Source: Methanobacteriota archaeon
Lineage (GTDB): Archaea; Thermoplasmatota; Poseidoniia; Poseidoniales; Thalassarchaeaceae
DNA: 64,000 nt
Reading direction: 5' to 3'
Assembly: GCA_028355015.1 (NCBI GenBank)
Contig: JAOMRN010000005.1
Span: forward strand, 18,022 to 82,021
Part shown: positions 1 through 10,286 of the stretch, one piece after another
How positions within the stretch are numbered: position 1 is the first letter of the stretch
How the letters are laid out: each line of letters begins with the position of its first letter
Position numbers and translations under genes: made by a program
The notes under the pieces: generated by a model
What the model was told of the DNA's origin: nothing
What the model saw: the letters and a program-made list of their open reading frames with translations, nothing else
The model's database searches: none

Positions 1-13
1 GGACTCTTCTAAA

Positions 14-988
14 GTGACTCTAATAGGTGATATTATGCTTGATCGATATCATCATGGTTATTCTAATAGATTGATTTCCACAGCCCCCGTACCTGTTCTG
101 AAAATCCAGCATTCTGAAGAATCTCCCGGTGCTGCTGCACATATCGCTCGAGGTTTAGGGTCTTTAGGACTGAATGTTTCATTTTTTTCTTGTGTTGGTG
201 ATGATAGAGAAGGTGAAGTAATCAAAAGTCAGTTCCTTTCAGATGGCTTATCAATAGATGGAATAGAAACAGTTTCTAATCGTCAAACACTAACCAAAAT
301 AAGATTTTTTGGTAGCAGACAGAGCCTATTAGACAAATCGCAAATACTTCTTCAGGCAGATCGAGAATCCCTAGAAGAACTTGATGTGGGGGTTAGTAAT
401 CGACTTGTTGAGAAGACTCTTAAATCAATACCTGATAGTTGTGCACTTGTTATCTCAGATTATGATAAAGGTGTACTTACCGACATAGGTGCTCAAAAAT
501 TAATACAATGTGCTAAGAAGAATTCTATACCGTCAATTGTTGATCCTAAATTGACTGGTCTCGAACGTAGTCGTGGTGCTACAGTCGTACTTTTCGAAAT
601 CCGTGGTTTGGATTTATTAAGACGAAGATTAATGCTTGAGAGTTCAAAAGATGCAGCATCCAGTTTAATGAAAACATATAACTGGGAATCATTGATAGTT
701 TTAGGAGGAGTAGATGGTGTAACTTTGTATGAGGCAGATGGAAATATAGAATTCATTCCATGTTCAGCACCGTCACCCTCTCAACAAATAGGTCTGCACG
801 ATGCAGCAGCTACTGCCTTAGCGGCCTCATTAGGTCACAAATTTCCTATGTCATCAGCCGTAGTATTGGCCGCAGCCGCTTGTGAATGTGTTCTTACTGC
901 TCAGGCCAGTCATGAATTCGTGAATCGTAGAACTTTGGGGTTATGGTTAGATGAATTGCTATGGCAAATGCAGATTTCCGATAGATGA
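14..988 (+). CDS. PfkB/ribokinase-family sugar kinase, RfaE(HldE) kinase-domain-like; may start upstream of window
   Basis: IGDIMLDRY, VGDD.EG, TLTKIRF, ISDYDKGVL and VDPK motifs typical of RfaE domain I; C-terminal anion-hole motif is degenerate (IGLHD instead of GAGD). Confidence 0.75.
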   Translation: MTLIGDIMLDRYHHGYSNRLISTAPVPVLKIQHSEESPGAAAHIARGLGSLGLNVSFFSCVGDDREGEVIKSQFLSDGLSIDGIETVSNRQTLTKIRFFGSRQSLLDKSQILLQADRESLEELDVGVSNRLVEKTLKSIPDSCALVISDYDKGVLTDIGAQKLIQCAKKNSIPSIVDPKLTGLERSRGATVVLFEIRGLDLLRRRLMLESSKDAASSLMKTYNWESLIVLGGVDGVTLYEADGNIEFIPCSAPSPSQQIGLHDAAATALAASLGHKFPMSSAVVLAAAACECVLTAQASHEFVNRRTLGLWLDELLWQMQISDR

Positions 989-991
989 ATA

Positions 992-2533
992 ATGATACAT
1001 TTATGGATGGGGTTCAATACTACAATGTCATTCCCTAGGTATATGAGAGTCGTACTATTAGGTATAATCTCTGTATGTTTTATATTTTTACCTCTAGATT
1101 CTGTTTATGCGGAAAATGAAGAAATTGATGTATCGATTGGTTTTGATTTTTCGTTTGGGGAAATAATAGACAACGAGAAAATTCTGTCTGGTACAGTTAT
1201 TACTTCTGAAGAAAATATTATTGTGTCGTGGGATATTCAAAATTCAACTGGTTTTAAATTCAACTGGGGTGATTTCAATTCTATAGGAAGTGGCGATTTA
1301 TCTGAAGTAAGCCAAAATTATTTCTCATTAGAATGGGAAGTCTCTGTGAATTCAATTGATTATTATTCTTGTTCGTGCCAATTAAATATCTATGTTGGAT
1401 ACGAAAATAATCTTATTCATGAGAGTAATATGCCTTTTTTTATATTAAATGATATGTATTATTCTGATTCTAATCATTCAATGTTAATCTCAAATCCCAG
1501 CGACATGGGTTGGATTAATGGTGATTTAATTATTGAAGCCCAAGCTAAAGATATTCATGGCAATCAACCGTCCTCTGTTCAGATATATTTGAATCGTTAT
1601 GTCACATTTACTGAAACCTGTTCAGGTGATATAACATATAGTGATGATAATATTATAACACCTCTATATAATGAAGACAATAGTTTCACATATCATTTCG
1701 ATATGAACTCTCAACCTGATGGATGGTATGAGTTAATAATACTAATTCCATCTGAGAATTCATTAAATGAATATGATGTGTATTCATGTATGTCCCTCAA
1801 ATTGAATAACTTAATCCCTGTAATTTCAATATTAGACAATCCATCGAATCAATTTGAAGATGATGGTTTCTTGATCATTGATGCTTCTTCATCAGAAGAC
1901 CCTGTTTGGACTGAAGACGTATTGTACTATATTTGGACATGTACTAATTCCGTGACTAGCGACATTCTAATTCATGAAGGCTTTAATCAAGGAATTTTTG
2001 AATTGAGTCTTGAAGATTCAGCAGATTATACTCTTAAATTGGAAATAATGGATCAGGGAGGCCTGTCCTCAACCGAGGAATTTAATTTCTCTATATCTAA
2101 TAAATTACCCGATATATCGCTACTAATCAATGATGTCGAAGTAATTGATGGCGAAGATATAAAACTTAATGATATAGAAAATATAATTCTGGATGGTTCA
2201 AATTCTGATGATACAATAAATGATTTGGATAATCTTAGATGTATTTGGTCAATCAATACAGTCGCTATTTTTGAAGGTTGCGAGCGTGAATTGACTTGGC
2301 CAGAAGAAAACATCGACGACAAAGAATTGGTCCTAAGACTTGATGTCATGGACGATGATGGTGCATATTCTTCTGTAAGTGTCAAACTCATCAATCCTAA
2401 TGCAGATAATCCTTTACCTTATCCAATCATTGTTCTATTCATTTCATTTCTTTTCTTAATCTCGTCAGTATTTTACAGATTTAGGAAAGATTCTGAAAGT
2501 TCATCAATACCTAAATGGTCTAAGGAAAAATAA
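992..2533 (+). CDS. Secreted/membrane-anchored acidic PKD/Ig-like domain protein
   Basis: N-terminal hydrophobic signal, IDASSSED / LDGSNSDD...LDVMDDDG PKD-like motifs, C-terminal TM followed by basic tail. Confidence 0.6.
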   Translation: MIHLWMGFNTTMSFPRYMRVVLLGIISVCFIFLPLDSVYAENEEIDVSIGFDFSFGEIIDNEKILSGTVITSEENIIVSWDIQNSTGFKFNWGDFNSIGSGDLSEVSQNYFSLEWEVSVNSIDYYSCSCQLNIYVGYENNLIHESNMPFFILNDMYYSDSNHSMLISNPSDMGWINGDLIIEAQAKDIHGNQPSSVQIYLNRYVTFTETCSGDITYSDDNIITPLYNEDNSFTYHFDMNSQPDGWYELIILIPSENSLNEYDVYSCMSLKLNNLIPVISILDNPSNQFEDDGFLIIDASSSEDPVWTEDVLYYIWTCTNSVTSDILIHEGFNQGIFELSLEDSADYTLKLEIMDQGGLSSTEEFNFSISNKLPDISLLINDVEVIDGEDIKLNDIENIILDGSNSDDTINDLDNLRCIWSINTVAIFEGCERELTWPEENIDDKELVLRLDVMDDDGAYSSVSVKLINPNADNPLPYPIIVLFISFLFLISSVFYRFRKDSESSSIPKWSKEK

Positions 2534-2576
2534 CACATTACACAAATAGATAAGAGAAGTCCATCTCCACCTTATC

Positions 2577-3905
2577 ATGGGAACTACGAATTGTCTTCCA
2601 CTTTCCTTCGAAGATTACAATATTCGTCAGAAAAAATTTCTAAAAGAGTTGCCAGATAATAGCCTTGTTTTAATACCTACAAACCCGGTTTCTTATCGTT
2701 CTAATGATACTACTTATCCGTATCGTGCGAGTTCATATATGCTATATTTATGTGGGTGGGATGCTCCTGAAGCTATATTCATGGCATATCAAGAATCTGG
2801 CTCTTGGGTAACCTCGATTTTCGTACGTCCAAGAGATACTAAGGCTGAAATTTGGGAAGGTCGAAGAGTTGGTGTTGAAGGCGCATCTTCTCAGTGGCCT
2901 ATAGATGAAGCACATTCTCTAAATGATATGGAAACTATCATTATTGAGAAAATAAATTCCTGCAATAATATTTATTCAATTATTGGAGTTAATGAATCAT
3001 TAGATGATATTACTAAAAATTCGGATATAGAAATTTTAGACCCAAGATTAATTTTAGACGATATGCGTGTCATCAAATCAGAAGGAGAAATTAAATTAAT
3101 GCAAAATGCTGCCATTATTGCTTCTCAAGCACATATTGAGGGCATGAAAAAGAGTTTTTCAGGGATTGGAGAGTGGGAAATTCAATCAATTATTGAGTCT
3201 TATTTCACATCAAAAAAGAGTTGTCCTAGTTATGGTTCAATAGTTGGTGGAGGAGATAATGCGACTATCTTACACTACCATTCTAATGATGTTGAAGTTA
3301 ATGATGGCGAGTTAGTATTGGTTGATGCTGGTTGTGAGGTTTCCGGCTATGCTTCCGACATTACTAGAACTTGGCCCGTTAATGGTAAATTTACTAAGCC
3401 CCAAAAGGAAATATATGAACTCGTACTTAAAGCAGAAATTGCAGGTATTGAAGCATGTCAAGCAGGTTCTCCATGGAGCTCTATGCATCATGCTGCATCG
3501 AAAGTACTTGCCAAAGGGTTAGTTGATCTTGGTATACTTGATTGTAGTTTCGAAGAGGCTCTTGGAGAGAATTTCGATGGTAAATATAGAGATTTCTTTA
3601 TGCACGGGACTGGACATATGTTAGGTTTAGATGTTCATGACGTGGGAGGTGGTAGACAGGGCGATAAAGGACCAGAAAGAATATTGCAGCCAGGTATGGT
3701 TCTAACTGTCGAACCTGGGTTATATTTTGGAAGTTGGAGGACAGATATTTCTATTCCTGACAAGTATTCTGGTATTGGAGTTCGTATAGAAGACGATGTA
3801 CTCATAACAGCTGATGGTCCCGTAGTTTTGACATCTGATTGCCCAAAGAAAATATCTGAGATTGAGTCATTAATCGGTAAAGGTTTGAGTGGAATCAATG
3901 CGTAA
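2577..3905 (+). CDS. pepP: Xaa-Pro aminopeptidase (M24B)
   Basis: LVDAGCE, YASDITRT, HGTGHMLGLDVHD, TVEPGLY, GVRIEDD metal-binding motifs. Confidence 0.93.
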   Translation: MGTTNCLPLSFEDYNIRQKKFLKELPDNSLVLIPTNPVSYRSNDTTYPYRASSYMLYLCGWDAPEAIFMAYQESGSWVTSIFVRPRDTKAEIWEGRRVGVEGASSQWPIDEAHSLNDMETIIIEKINSCNNIYSIIGVNESLDDITKNSDIEILDPRLILDDMRVIKSEGEIKLMQNAAIIASQAHIEGMKKSFSGIGEWEIQSIIESYFTSKKSCPSYGSIVGGGDNATILHYHSNDVEVNDGELVLVDAGCEVSGYASDITRTWPVNGKFTKPQKEIYELVLKAEIAGIEACQAGSPWSSMHHAASKVLAKGLVDLGILDCSFEEALGENFDGKYRDFFMHGTGHMLGLDVHDVGGGRQGDKGPERILQPGMVLTVEPGLYFGSWRTDISIPDKYSGIGVRIEDDVLITADGPVVLTSDCPKKISEIESLIGKGLSGINA

Positions 3906-5064
3906 TTGGAAAGACATACTATCGGAGCAAATGTCTCCGAAAGCACCCAGACTTTCTGTTATTGATGCGACGATATTATACGAGGAAGCAGATATTAATG
4001 ACTTAATGTATACTTCACTTGTTAGAAGGAAGTTACAAGTACCAGGGAATGGCGTAACTTATCTAGTAGATCGTAATATTAATTATACTAATGTATGCAC
4101 CATAAATTGCCAGTTTTGTTCTTTTTATCGACCCCCTGGTCACTCAGAAGTTTACACGCAAACATTTGATGAAATAAGTCAAAGAATATCAGAATTAGAG
4201 AATATCGGAGGGTCCAGAATTCTAATGCAGGGTGGTGTTAATCCTGAACTCAGTCTTGATTGGTATTTAGATCTCATCTCACATATACGTGAAAATCACC
4301 CTATGATTTCACTTGATTGCTTTTCACCAATTGAAATAGAAGGTATTGCAGATGTATGCGGTTTGGATACTTCTGAAGTTCTTAGAAAACTTGCTGATGC
4401 GGGGATGCATGGCTTACCTGGCGGTGGTGCAGAAATGTTAGTGGATGATGTCAGACTTGACATATCTCCAAAAAAAGGTTCAGCAGATAATTGGCTCAGA
4501 GTAATGTCAGAAGCCCAAGAATTAGGGCTAACCACATCTGCAACTAATGTTTTTGGCTTTGGTGAAACTAATAATCATAGAGTTTTACATATGGAAAGAA
4601 TAAGACTCATGCAGGACGAAGCGTTATCTCTTGGAAGAGTTGGTTTTACATCCTTTGTTGCTTGGCCAGTTCAACTAGAGAACAATACATTCGGTAAAAG
4701 AAATCGTGGACGTAATAGGTTGGAGTTAGGTGCTGGACCCGTAGAATATCTACGCCACATCTCCGTCTCTCGTTTATTTTTCGATAATATTAACCATATT
4801 CAAGCATCTTGGCCAACTATGGGTTTGGGTGTGGCTCAAATGGCAATATTAGCTGGTGCAGATGATGCAGGTTCTACAATGATGGAAGAAAATGTAGTAT
4901 CTGCATCAGGGACAAAAAAAGTATTGGCTAAAGAAGAAGAACTCCAAGAATCAATAATCAGGGCAGGTTTTCATCCAATTAAGAGAGATTCTGATTATAA
5001 CCATCTTGAAACAGCATTAATCGATGTTAAAGATATGGCTGCTATTATACCCTTGCAGTACTAA
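3889..5064 (+). CDS. mqnC: CofH/MqnC-family radical SAM protein, probable cyclic dehypoxanthine futalosine synthase
   Basis: DRNINYTNVCxxxCxFCSFYR, LMQGGVNP, LPGGGAE, HIQASW, GSTMMEENVVSAS. Confidence 0.8.
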   Translation: MESMRNWKDILSEQMSPKAPRLSVIDATILYEEADINDLMYTSLVRRKLQVPGNGVTYLVDRNINYTNVCTINCQFCSFYRPPGHSEVYTQTFDEISQRISELENIGGSRILMQGGVNPELSLDWYLDLISHIRENHPMISLDCFSPIEIEGIADVCGLDTSEVLRKLADAGMHGLPGGGAEMLVDDVRLDISPKKGSADNWLRVMSEAQELGLTTSATNVFGFGETNNHRVLHMERIRLMQDEALSLGRVGFTSFVAWPVQLENNTFGKRNRGRNRLELGAGPVEYLRHISVSRLFFDNINHIQASWPTMGLGVAQMAILAGADDAGSTMMEENVVSASGTKKVLAKEEELQESIIRAGFHPIKRDSDYNHLETALIDVKDMAAIIPLQY

Positions 5065-6206
5065 TAGTCAGAAAGTTCAAGTCTTCCACTCTTAACTGGT
5101 AATTTTTCAATTTCTATTCTATGATGATAGTTTTCCATTTTCAATGGTCTTACCCATTTCATTCTAGTTCCTTCATTATTTATGAACTCCATAATGAGCT
5201 CCCAATGAACTGCTATTAGGCCAGAATAAATAGATCCGGGCCATAACTTACTGGGTCCATGTAATACAATTTCATCTTCTATATTCCTTTCGTTTTGTAT
5301 ATCTAACCATTCTCCTGAATCTAAAACTCTCATCGGTTCTAACATCATTACTCTTCTATGTGCAACAGTCATAGGCGTTGATTCACCTACTCCTGTACCT
5401 AGTTCTTCTCCAGTTGTTATTCTTCTCTCTGGTAATGCAGTAGACATCCCAGGAATTGTTTGCTCCCCTTCCTTCTTTCCTTGTGATTCTAGTATCATTC
5501 TTCTTTCAGGTACTGCTATTCCGACTTGTATCCTTGCTCTTTTTATGTCTAGTCCTTTAGGTGTTTTTAATTTTGATATAATGACCTTATTATCTTCTTT
5601 TTGTATAGTAATTTCTGGAGGATTTATGGGATTTTTTATTAACACATTCTGTCTTTTAATGTCTTTCATATTTGCCGTCATTCTGAAAAACATTGGCGAA
5701 ATAAATATTGGAAAAGCTAGAAATAGGAACACTGGATAATCTAATTGTCCTATTCTCACTGAATAATTTAGTGCATTTAATATTGGACCGATAAAACTTA
5801 TTTCATCAATAGCAGGAGTAATAGCTCTCAAAAATAATGTCGAAATAATTAAAATAACTGCTGGTGTAATCATTTTCCTAGCTTTGTAATGTAATGGGTC
5901 TGGGTCAATGTACCACCCATTCCTCGTCCTCATTAAGAAGGGAAAGGTTTCTTTCGAGACATCTCCCTTTAATATCGGTAATTTTTTATCATTCTCTGTT
6001 ACTTTTCTCCATTCAACTAACCAATCATTTTCTGTACCGATTTTAAATGTGGGGGGGGGTTTATTCTCTGACTCCAAAATCACTTCAATAATTTTGATTT
6101 GATTTGGAATCATATCCGAATGTTCGAATGGAGGATAACGTATTCTCTGCACCGATCTTTCTATAATATCAACTCCATAAAACAGATTTAATCGCTTTAC
6201 CTGCAA
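5061..6206 (-). CDS. Hypothetical membrane protein (2 TM)
   Basis: Long ORF with two hydrophobic segments; true start probably slightly downstream of the ORF-track start. Confidence 0.55.
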   Translation of the reverse strand: MQVKRLNLFYGVDIIERSVQRIRYPPFEHSDMIPNQIKIIEVILESENKPPPTFKIGTENDWLVEWRKVTENDKKLPILKGDVSKETFPFLMRTRNGWYIDPDPLHYKARKMITPAVILIISTLFLRAITPAIDEISFIGPILNALNYSVRIGQLDYPVFLFLAFPIFISPMFFRMTANMKDIKRQNVLIKNPINPPEITIQKEDNKVIISKLKTPKGLDIKRARIQVGIAVPERRMILESQGKKEGEQTIPGMSTALPERRITTGEELGTGVGESTPMTVAHRRVMMLEPMRVLDSGEWLDIQNERNIEDEIVLHGPSKLWPGSIYSGLIAVHWELIMEFINNEGTRMKWVRPLKMENYHHRIEIEKLPVKSGRLELSDY

Positions 6207-7389
6207 GTTTTCTAAATTCTGGGATTTCTTTCAACATTTTAGTTCCTAATGGTATAGGGTTTTCAATTTCCCCCACCTCGTTGATCATTGATATGACTTC
6301 TGGTTTAGCCCAAACTTTGAAGATTTCTTCTAGTTCTTTATCATTTGATTGAGATAAAAAAGCATTTCTGAGTCCCCTCGCTCTGTTTTGTGATTTCCTC
6401 ATCTTATCTAATTTCTTTTCAATAAATGCTAGATTTTTAATCTCTAGGTTATTGTCCTTAATTTTTGCAGATAATTCATCAATTATCATATCAATATGTG
6501 CGAATCCAGGGCCTATCCCTCCTCCCGTAGTTGGTTTACATATACCTGCTGCATCTCCAAACAGGGCCGCTCTTCTTGCAGTAGTTTTTTTCAGAATTCC
6601 ACTTGGTACTGAGCCAACAAATCTACCAACTTCTTTACATTCCTTAAATCGGTAACTCCATTTTCCATTTATCATTAATTCATTAAGTAAATCTTCACAA
6701 GATTTCTCGCCAATATATTTTGTTTGACTCCAAACTCCAATTCTTGTAGTTTCTCCAGAAGGTATTGCCCATGCAAAAAATCCCGGGGAAATATCTGAGC
6801 CCGTGTACATATCTAGCTTCCCCTCTGTTCCGTTATATCCTGTGACTTCAATTTGCATGCCAATCATCGTCTCTTTCGGACGGCCAAATCTTAGAGTTCT
6901 ACGTACCCAAGAATGCGCACCATCGGCGCCACAAACTAATTTCGTAGTTACGTTCTTTATTCCTTTAGGTGTATCTATGATAATATTCACTTTTTGTTCT
7001 GTTATTTCTATATTTTTGGGTTTACTCGATAACCAAAGTTTGGCACCTGATTTCAATGATTGATTTACAACTGCTTCATCAAATAATTTCCTACAAACAG
7101 ACCATGTTCTTATTGTATTTTTTTGGCCGATTTCAACAAGAGTTCCTTCCGGGCTATAGATTCTTGCACCCCAAATTGGAGTTAGTACTGTATTTTTTAA
7201 ATTCACTGATTCCATTGCTTTTGGGTTAACCAGGCCAGCGCATTGAAATGGTCTACCTAGTTCTGCATGTTCTTCTAATAACAAAACTGAAATATTTTTT
7301 TTAGCCAGTTTATTCGCTAGATAACCGCCAATAGGCCCTGCTCCGACTATGACAACATCATAATCGTAATCATTCATACTATCATTCAC
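6169..7389 (-). CDS. Geranylgeranyl reductase family FAD oxidoreductase (DGGGPL reductase-like)
   Basis: VVIVGAGPIG, GRPFQCAG, GADGAHS, FAWAIP, GDAAG.CKPTTGGGI. Confidence 0.88.
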   Translation of the reverse strand: MNDSMNDYDYDVVIVGAGPIGGYLANKLAKKNISVLLLEEHAELGRPFQCAGLVNPKAMESVNLKNTVLTPIWGARIYSPEGTLVEIGQKNTIRTWSVCRKLFDEAVVNQSLKSGAKLWLSSKPKNIEITEQKVNIIIDTPKGIKNVTTKLVCGADGAHSWVRRTLRFGRPKETMIGMQIEVTGYNGTEGKLDMYTGSDISPGFFAWAIPSGETTRIGVWSQTKYIGEKSCEDLLNELMINGKWSYRFKECKEVGRFVGSVPSGILKKTTARRAALFGDAAGICKPTTGGGIGPGFAHIDMIIDELSAKIKDNNLEIKNLAFIEKKLDKMRKSQNRARGLRNAFLSQSNDKELEEIFKVWAKPEVISMINEVGEIENPIPLGTKMLKEIPEFRKLAGKAIKSVLWS

Positions 7390-7423
7390 TAGGTTAACCT
7401 TATTGATATCTTCTAATTCTGAT

Positions 7424-9688
7424 TCACTTCTTCTTAGATTTTTTATTTTTCTTCATTACAGTATCTATAATCTTACTTGCATCCTGTTTTGTCATCTCAT
7501 CAATGGTTACAATATCGGCAATAGCAAGAATATCACTAAGAGGGACTTCTTCTCTAACTGCTAATTTATTCACTAACTTAACCTGTGCTTCTGAAGCAGG
7601 TAATGCCTGACTTTCTTTGATGAGCGTGTCTATTAATTGACTAGCACTGCCATCTTTCCCCCCAGTTAGACTATTAATATCATCAATATTTACTATCTTA
7701 CAGATATCTTTGAGGCTATGTCCTAATTGGTCAGCTAATTTAATCACTAAAGCAATTTGTTTTTCACTGGCTGGAAAGTCTCCTCCATCAGCAATGACTT
7801 TATCGAGAGTATTTCTCATTTCTTCTCCTGTGAATTCTTCAGGTTTTTTACCATCGAGTACTTTATTTCTTTCACTCTCAGTCATATTTTTAGTTAAGTT
7901 TTTGAGTAATTCAATTTGTTTTTTTGATGGTATACTTCTTTTCTTTGTTTTCGCCGCATCATTCATTTCTTTGAATACATCTACGAAATTATGCCAAACC
8001 TCAGGTGCAGATTGACTACTGTTCTCTATAGTGTCGAGATCAGATTCCATTTTAGCGGTGAATTGTGTGGCGAAAAGGCCTCTTTCGTTCTGTTCATTAT
8101 AGAATGGGACTACTTCTAGCCATAGTGTCCTGCCTGCATCTGTTGGAATAAGTGCTCCGCTATTATTTTCAACATATTTCCTTCTACTCAGTGTCTGGAT
8201 AGTTGAGACATATGTTGAAGGTCTTCCTATACCAGCCTTTTTCATTTCTTGAACTATTGAACTTTCAGAGAATCTTCTTGGAGGTTTAGTTTGGTCACTA
8301 ACCAACTGCGGATTCTCTTCATTACATTCTATTTCCCAAAGAACTCCCTCAGCTAGTTCAGATTGTGGAGGCTCTAACTTTATTGATTTATGATACGGCT
8401 CGTATACTGCTTCCCATCCTGCATGCGTTCTCCATGATGCAGTACCCGTTATATTTTTGTCGAAATCTTCAGTTTTTGCTACTATAGACCTCGTTTCACG
8501 TATTGAACTTGACATTTGGCTCCCTGCAAATCTCGCCCAAATTAGTCGATAAAGTAACTGCTGTTCATCTTTGAGGCCATCGATATTATGAACCTCTGGT
8601 CTAGTAGGTCTAATGGCTTCATGAGCATCTTGTACGTTTGAGCTTCCTTTTTTAGCATCAGAACCTAAAACTCCTGGTCCCAAATGATTTTCCCCATATG
8701 TTTGTTTAATATATTCTTTAATTGTTTTTCTAGCATCTTCATTCGTTCTTGTAGAATCTGTACGTATGTAAGTAACATGCCCTGAATTGTATAATTCACC
8801 TGCTACTGCGCTAGTTCTTGCAACCGACCACCCCAGATTTGAACTTGCTGATTGAAGCATTGTATCTGTTGTAAATGGCGGCTTCGGGCTTCTCTTATTT
8901 TTCCCTTCTTTAATTGACTGTATTTCAATACTCATATTTTTATTTAATTTAGTAATTGCTTCTGCAGCTAAATCTTGATTAAATGTCCTATCTGGAAAGT
9001 GTTTACCTGAATCATCTAACCATGCCTCAGGATCATCTTTTTCATGAAATCTTATCTTGAAATTAGTATCATTTGAGATAAAATTAACACTATTGTAAAC
9101 AATTGGGACGTGTTTCTCTCTGAGTAATTCTCTTTCTATGATGAATCCTAGAGTAGGTGTTTGAACTCTACCCATGGATGCTAGTCTCCAAGATCTAGAA
9201 AATCTCGAGCACTCAAATCCAACCAATCTATCCATAAATCTTCTAACTTTTGCAGAATCTACTAATGCAGTATCTATCTCTCTTGCTTCCTCAATTGCTT
9301 TTTGAACTGAAGTTTCTGTTATCTCATTGAAAGTTACTCTTTTCTGAGAGGGGAATTTTGCAAATATTATGCTTAGTCTCCAAGCAATAAATTCACCTTC
9401 TCTATCTGGGTCGGTTGCAATGTAAACTTCCTCGACATTAGATGATTTTGCCTTCTTAACCATGTCAGTAATTTTCTTTTTGGCACCGGAAGTCCAGCCC
9501 CATGGAGGTTCAGGTAGAACATTTCTTTCAGAATCCCACATTGACTTTGAAGACCCTTTACTCCCTTTTGATGGCAAATCTTGGACGTGCCCTCCACAAG
9601 CTTGTACTATCCATCCTTTACCCAAGTATTTCTTCACAGTCTTAGCCTTAGCTCCTGACTCGAGAATCATTAGTTTCACAATACTCAC
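7424..9688 (-). CDS. topA: Type IA DNA topoisomerase
   Basis: TOPRIM (ILES..KAKT, ATDPDREGE), SMGRVQTPTL, catalytic VTYIRTDS, QDAHEAIRPT, GIGRPSTY. Confidence 0.95.
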   Translation of the reverse strand: MSIVKLMILESGAKAKTVKKYLGKGWIVQACGGHVQDLPSKGSKGSSKSMWDSERNVLPEPPWGWTSGAKKKITDMVKKAKSSNVEEVYIATDPDREGEFIAWRLSIIFAKFPSQKRVTFNEITETSVQKAIEEAREIDTALVDSAKVRRFMDRLVGFECSRFSRSWRLASMGRVQTPTLGFIIERELLREKHVPIVYNSVNFISNDTNFKIRFHEKDDPEAWLDDSGKHFPDRTFNQDLAAEAITKLNKNMSIEIQSIKEGKNKRSPKPPFTTDTMLQSASSNLGWSVARTSAVAGELYNSGHVTYIRTDSTRTNEDARKTIKEYIKQTYGENHLGPGVLGSDAKKGSSNVQDAHEAIRPTRPEVHNIDGLKDEQQLLYRLIWARFAGSQMSSSIRETRSIVAKTEDFDKNITGTASWRTHAGWEAVYEPYHKSIKLEPPQSELAEGVLWEIECNEENPQLVSDQTKPPRRFSESSIVQEMKKAGIGRPSTYVSTIQTLSRRKYVENNSGALIPTDAGRTLWLEVVPFYNEQNERGLFATQFTAKMESDLDTIENSSQSAPEVWHNFVDVFKEMNDAAKTKKRSIPSKKQIELLKNLTKNMTESERNKVLDGKKPEEFTGEEMRNTLDKVIADGGDFPASEKQIALVIKLADQLGHSLKDICKIVNIDDINSLTGGKDGSASQLIDTLIKESQALPASEAQVKLVNKLAVREEVPLSDILAIADIVTIDEMTKQDASKIIDTVMKKNKKSKKK

Positions 9689-9779
9689 TCCATTACTTAG
9701 TCAATAACATAACATCGACCATTATCTTGATGGCACAATACTACCTGTATAAACTTGAGTCAACTCTGTTTGATACAAG

Positions 9780-9804
9780 GCGCGCACGCGCACGTGAGCG
9801 CGCG
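9780..9804. other. Alternating purine-pyrimidine GC-rich tract upstream of topA
   Basis: GCGCGCACGCGCACGTGAGCGCGCG in an AT-rich intergenic region. Confidence 0.6.
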
Positions 9805-9812
9805 AAGCCAAG

Positions 9813-10286
9813 TTAGTGAATTTGATTCCGTGACTCAGTTTCATTCCATGGTTCATCAGCTGCTGGGCCTGCACAGCCTATACAACCTGGGTATCCTGCT
9901 CTGCCCAATTCGATAATCTTCTGGGTGAGATTATTCCATGTTGATTCTCTTTTCTTTACCCAAATAATTTCTAACGATTCAGGAGGAGATGTAGATATTA
10001 TTCCATCTTTTGAATCTAACATTTCAAAAGAAATATCTTCTGAGTCTATAATAATGGATTTAATCCCAAAAATTATTTTCGGTGCATTATCTGATAATTC
10101 ATTAGATAGTATCTCTATATTTTTTGATAAAAATCCATTATGAGATATTTCGACACCACTAGATCTAAGGATTCTTCTTGCTAATTCGGAGATTGCTGCA
10201 TCCTCTGAAGAACTCCTCATCAATCTTCGGACGTGGGCAACGCTTGAAGACTGTCGGTTGAACCGACTTCCCCATGGGGCTGCCAT
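9813..10286 (-). CDS. Hypothetical protein with C-terminal GYPGCxGC motif
   Basis: 157-aa ORF filling the gap between topA and pyrD. Confidence 0.55.
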   Translation of the reverse strand: MAAPWGSRFNRQSSSVAHVRRLMRSSSEDAAISELARRILRSSGVEISHNGFLSKNIEILSNELSDNAPKIIFGIKSIIIDSEDISFEMLDSKDGIISTSPPESLEIIWVKKRESTWNNLTQKIIELGRAGYPGCIGCAGPAADEPWNETESRNQIH

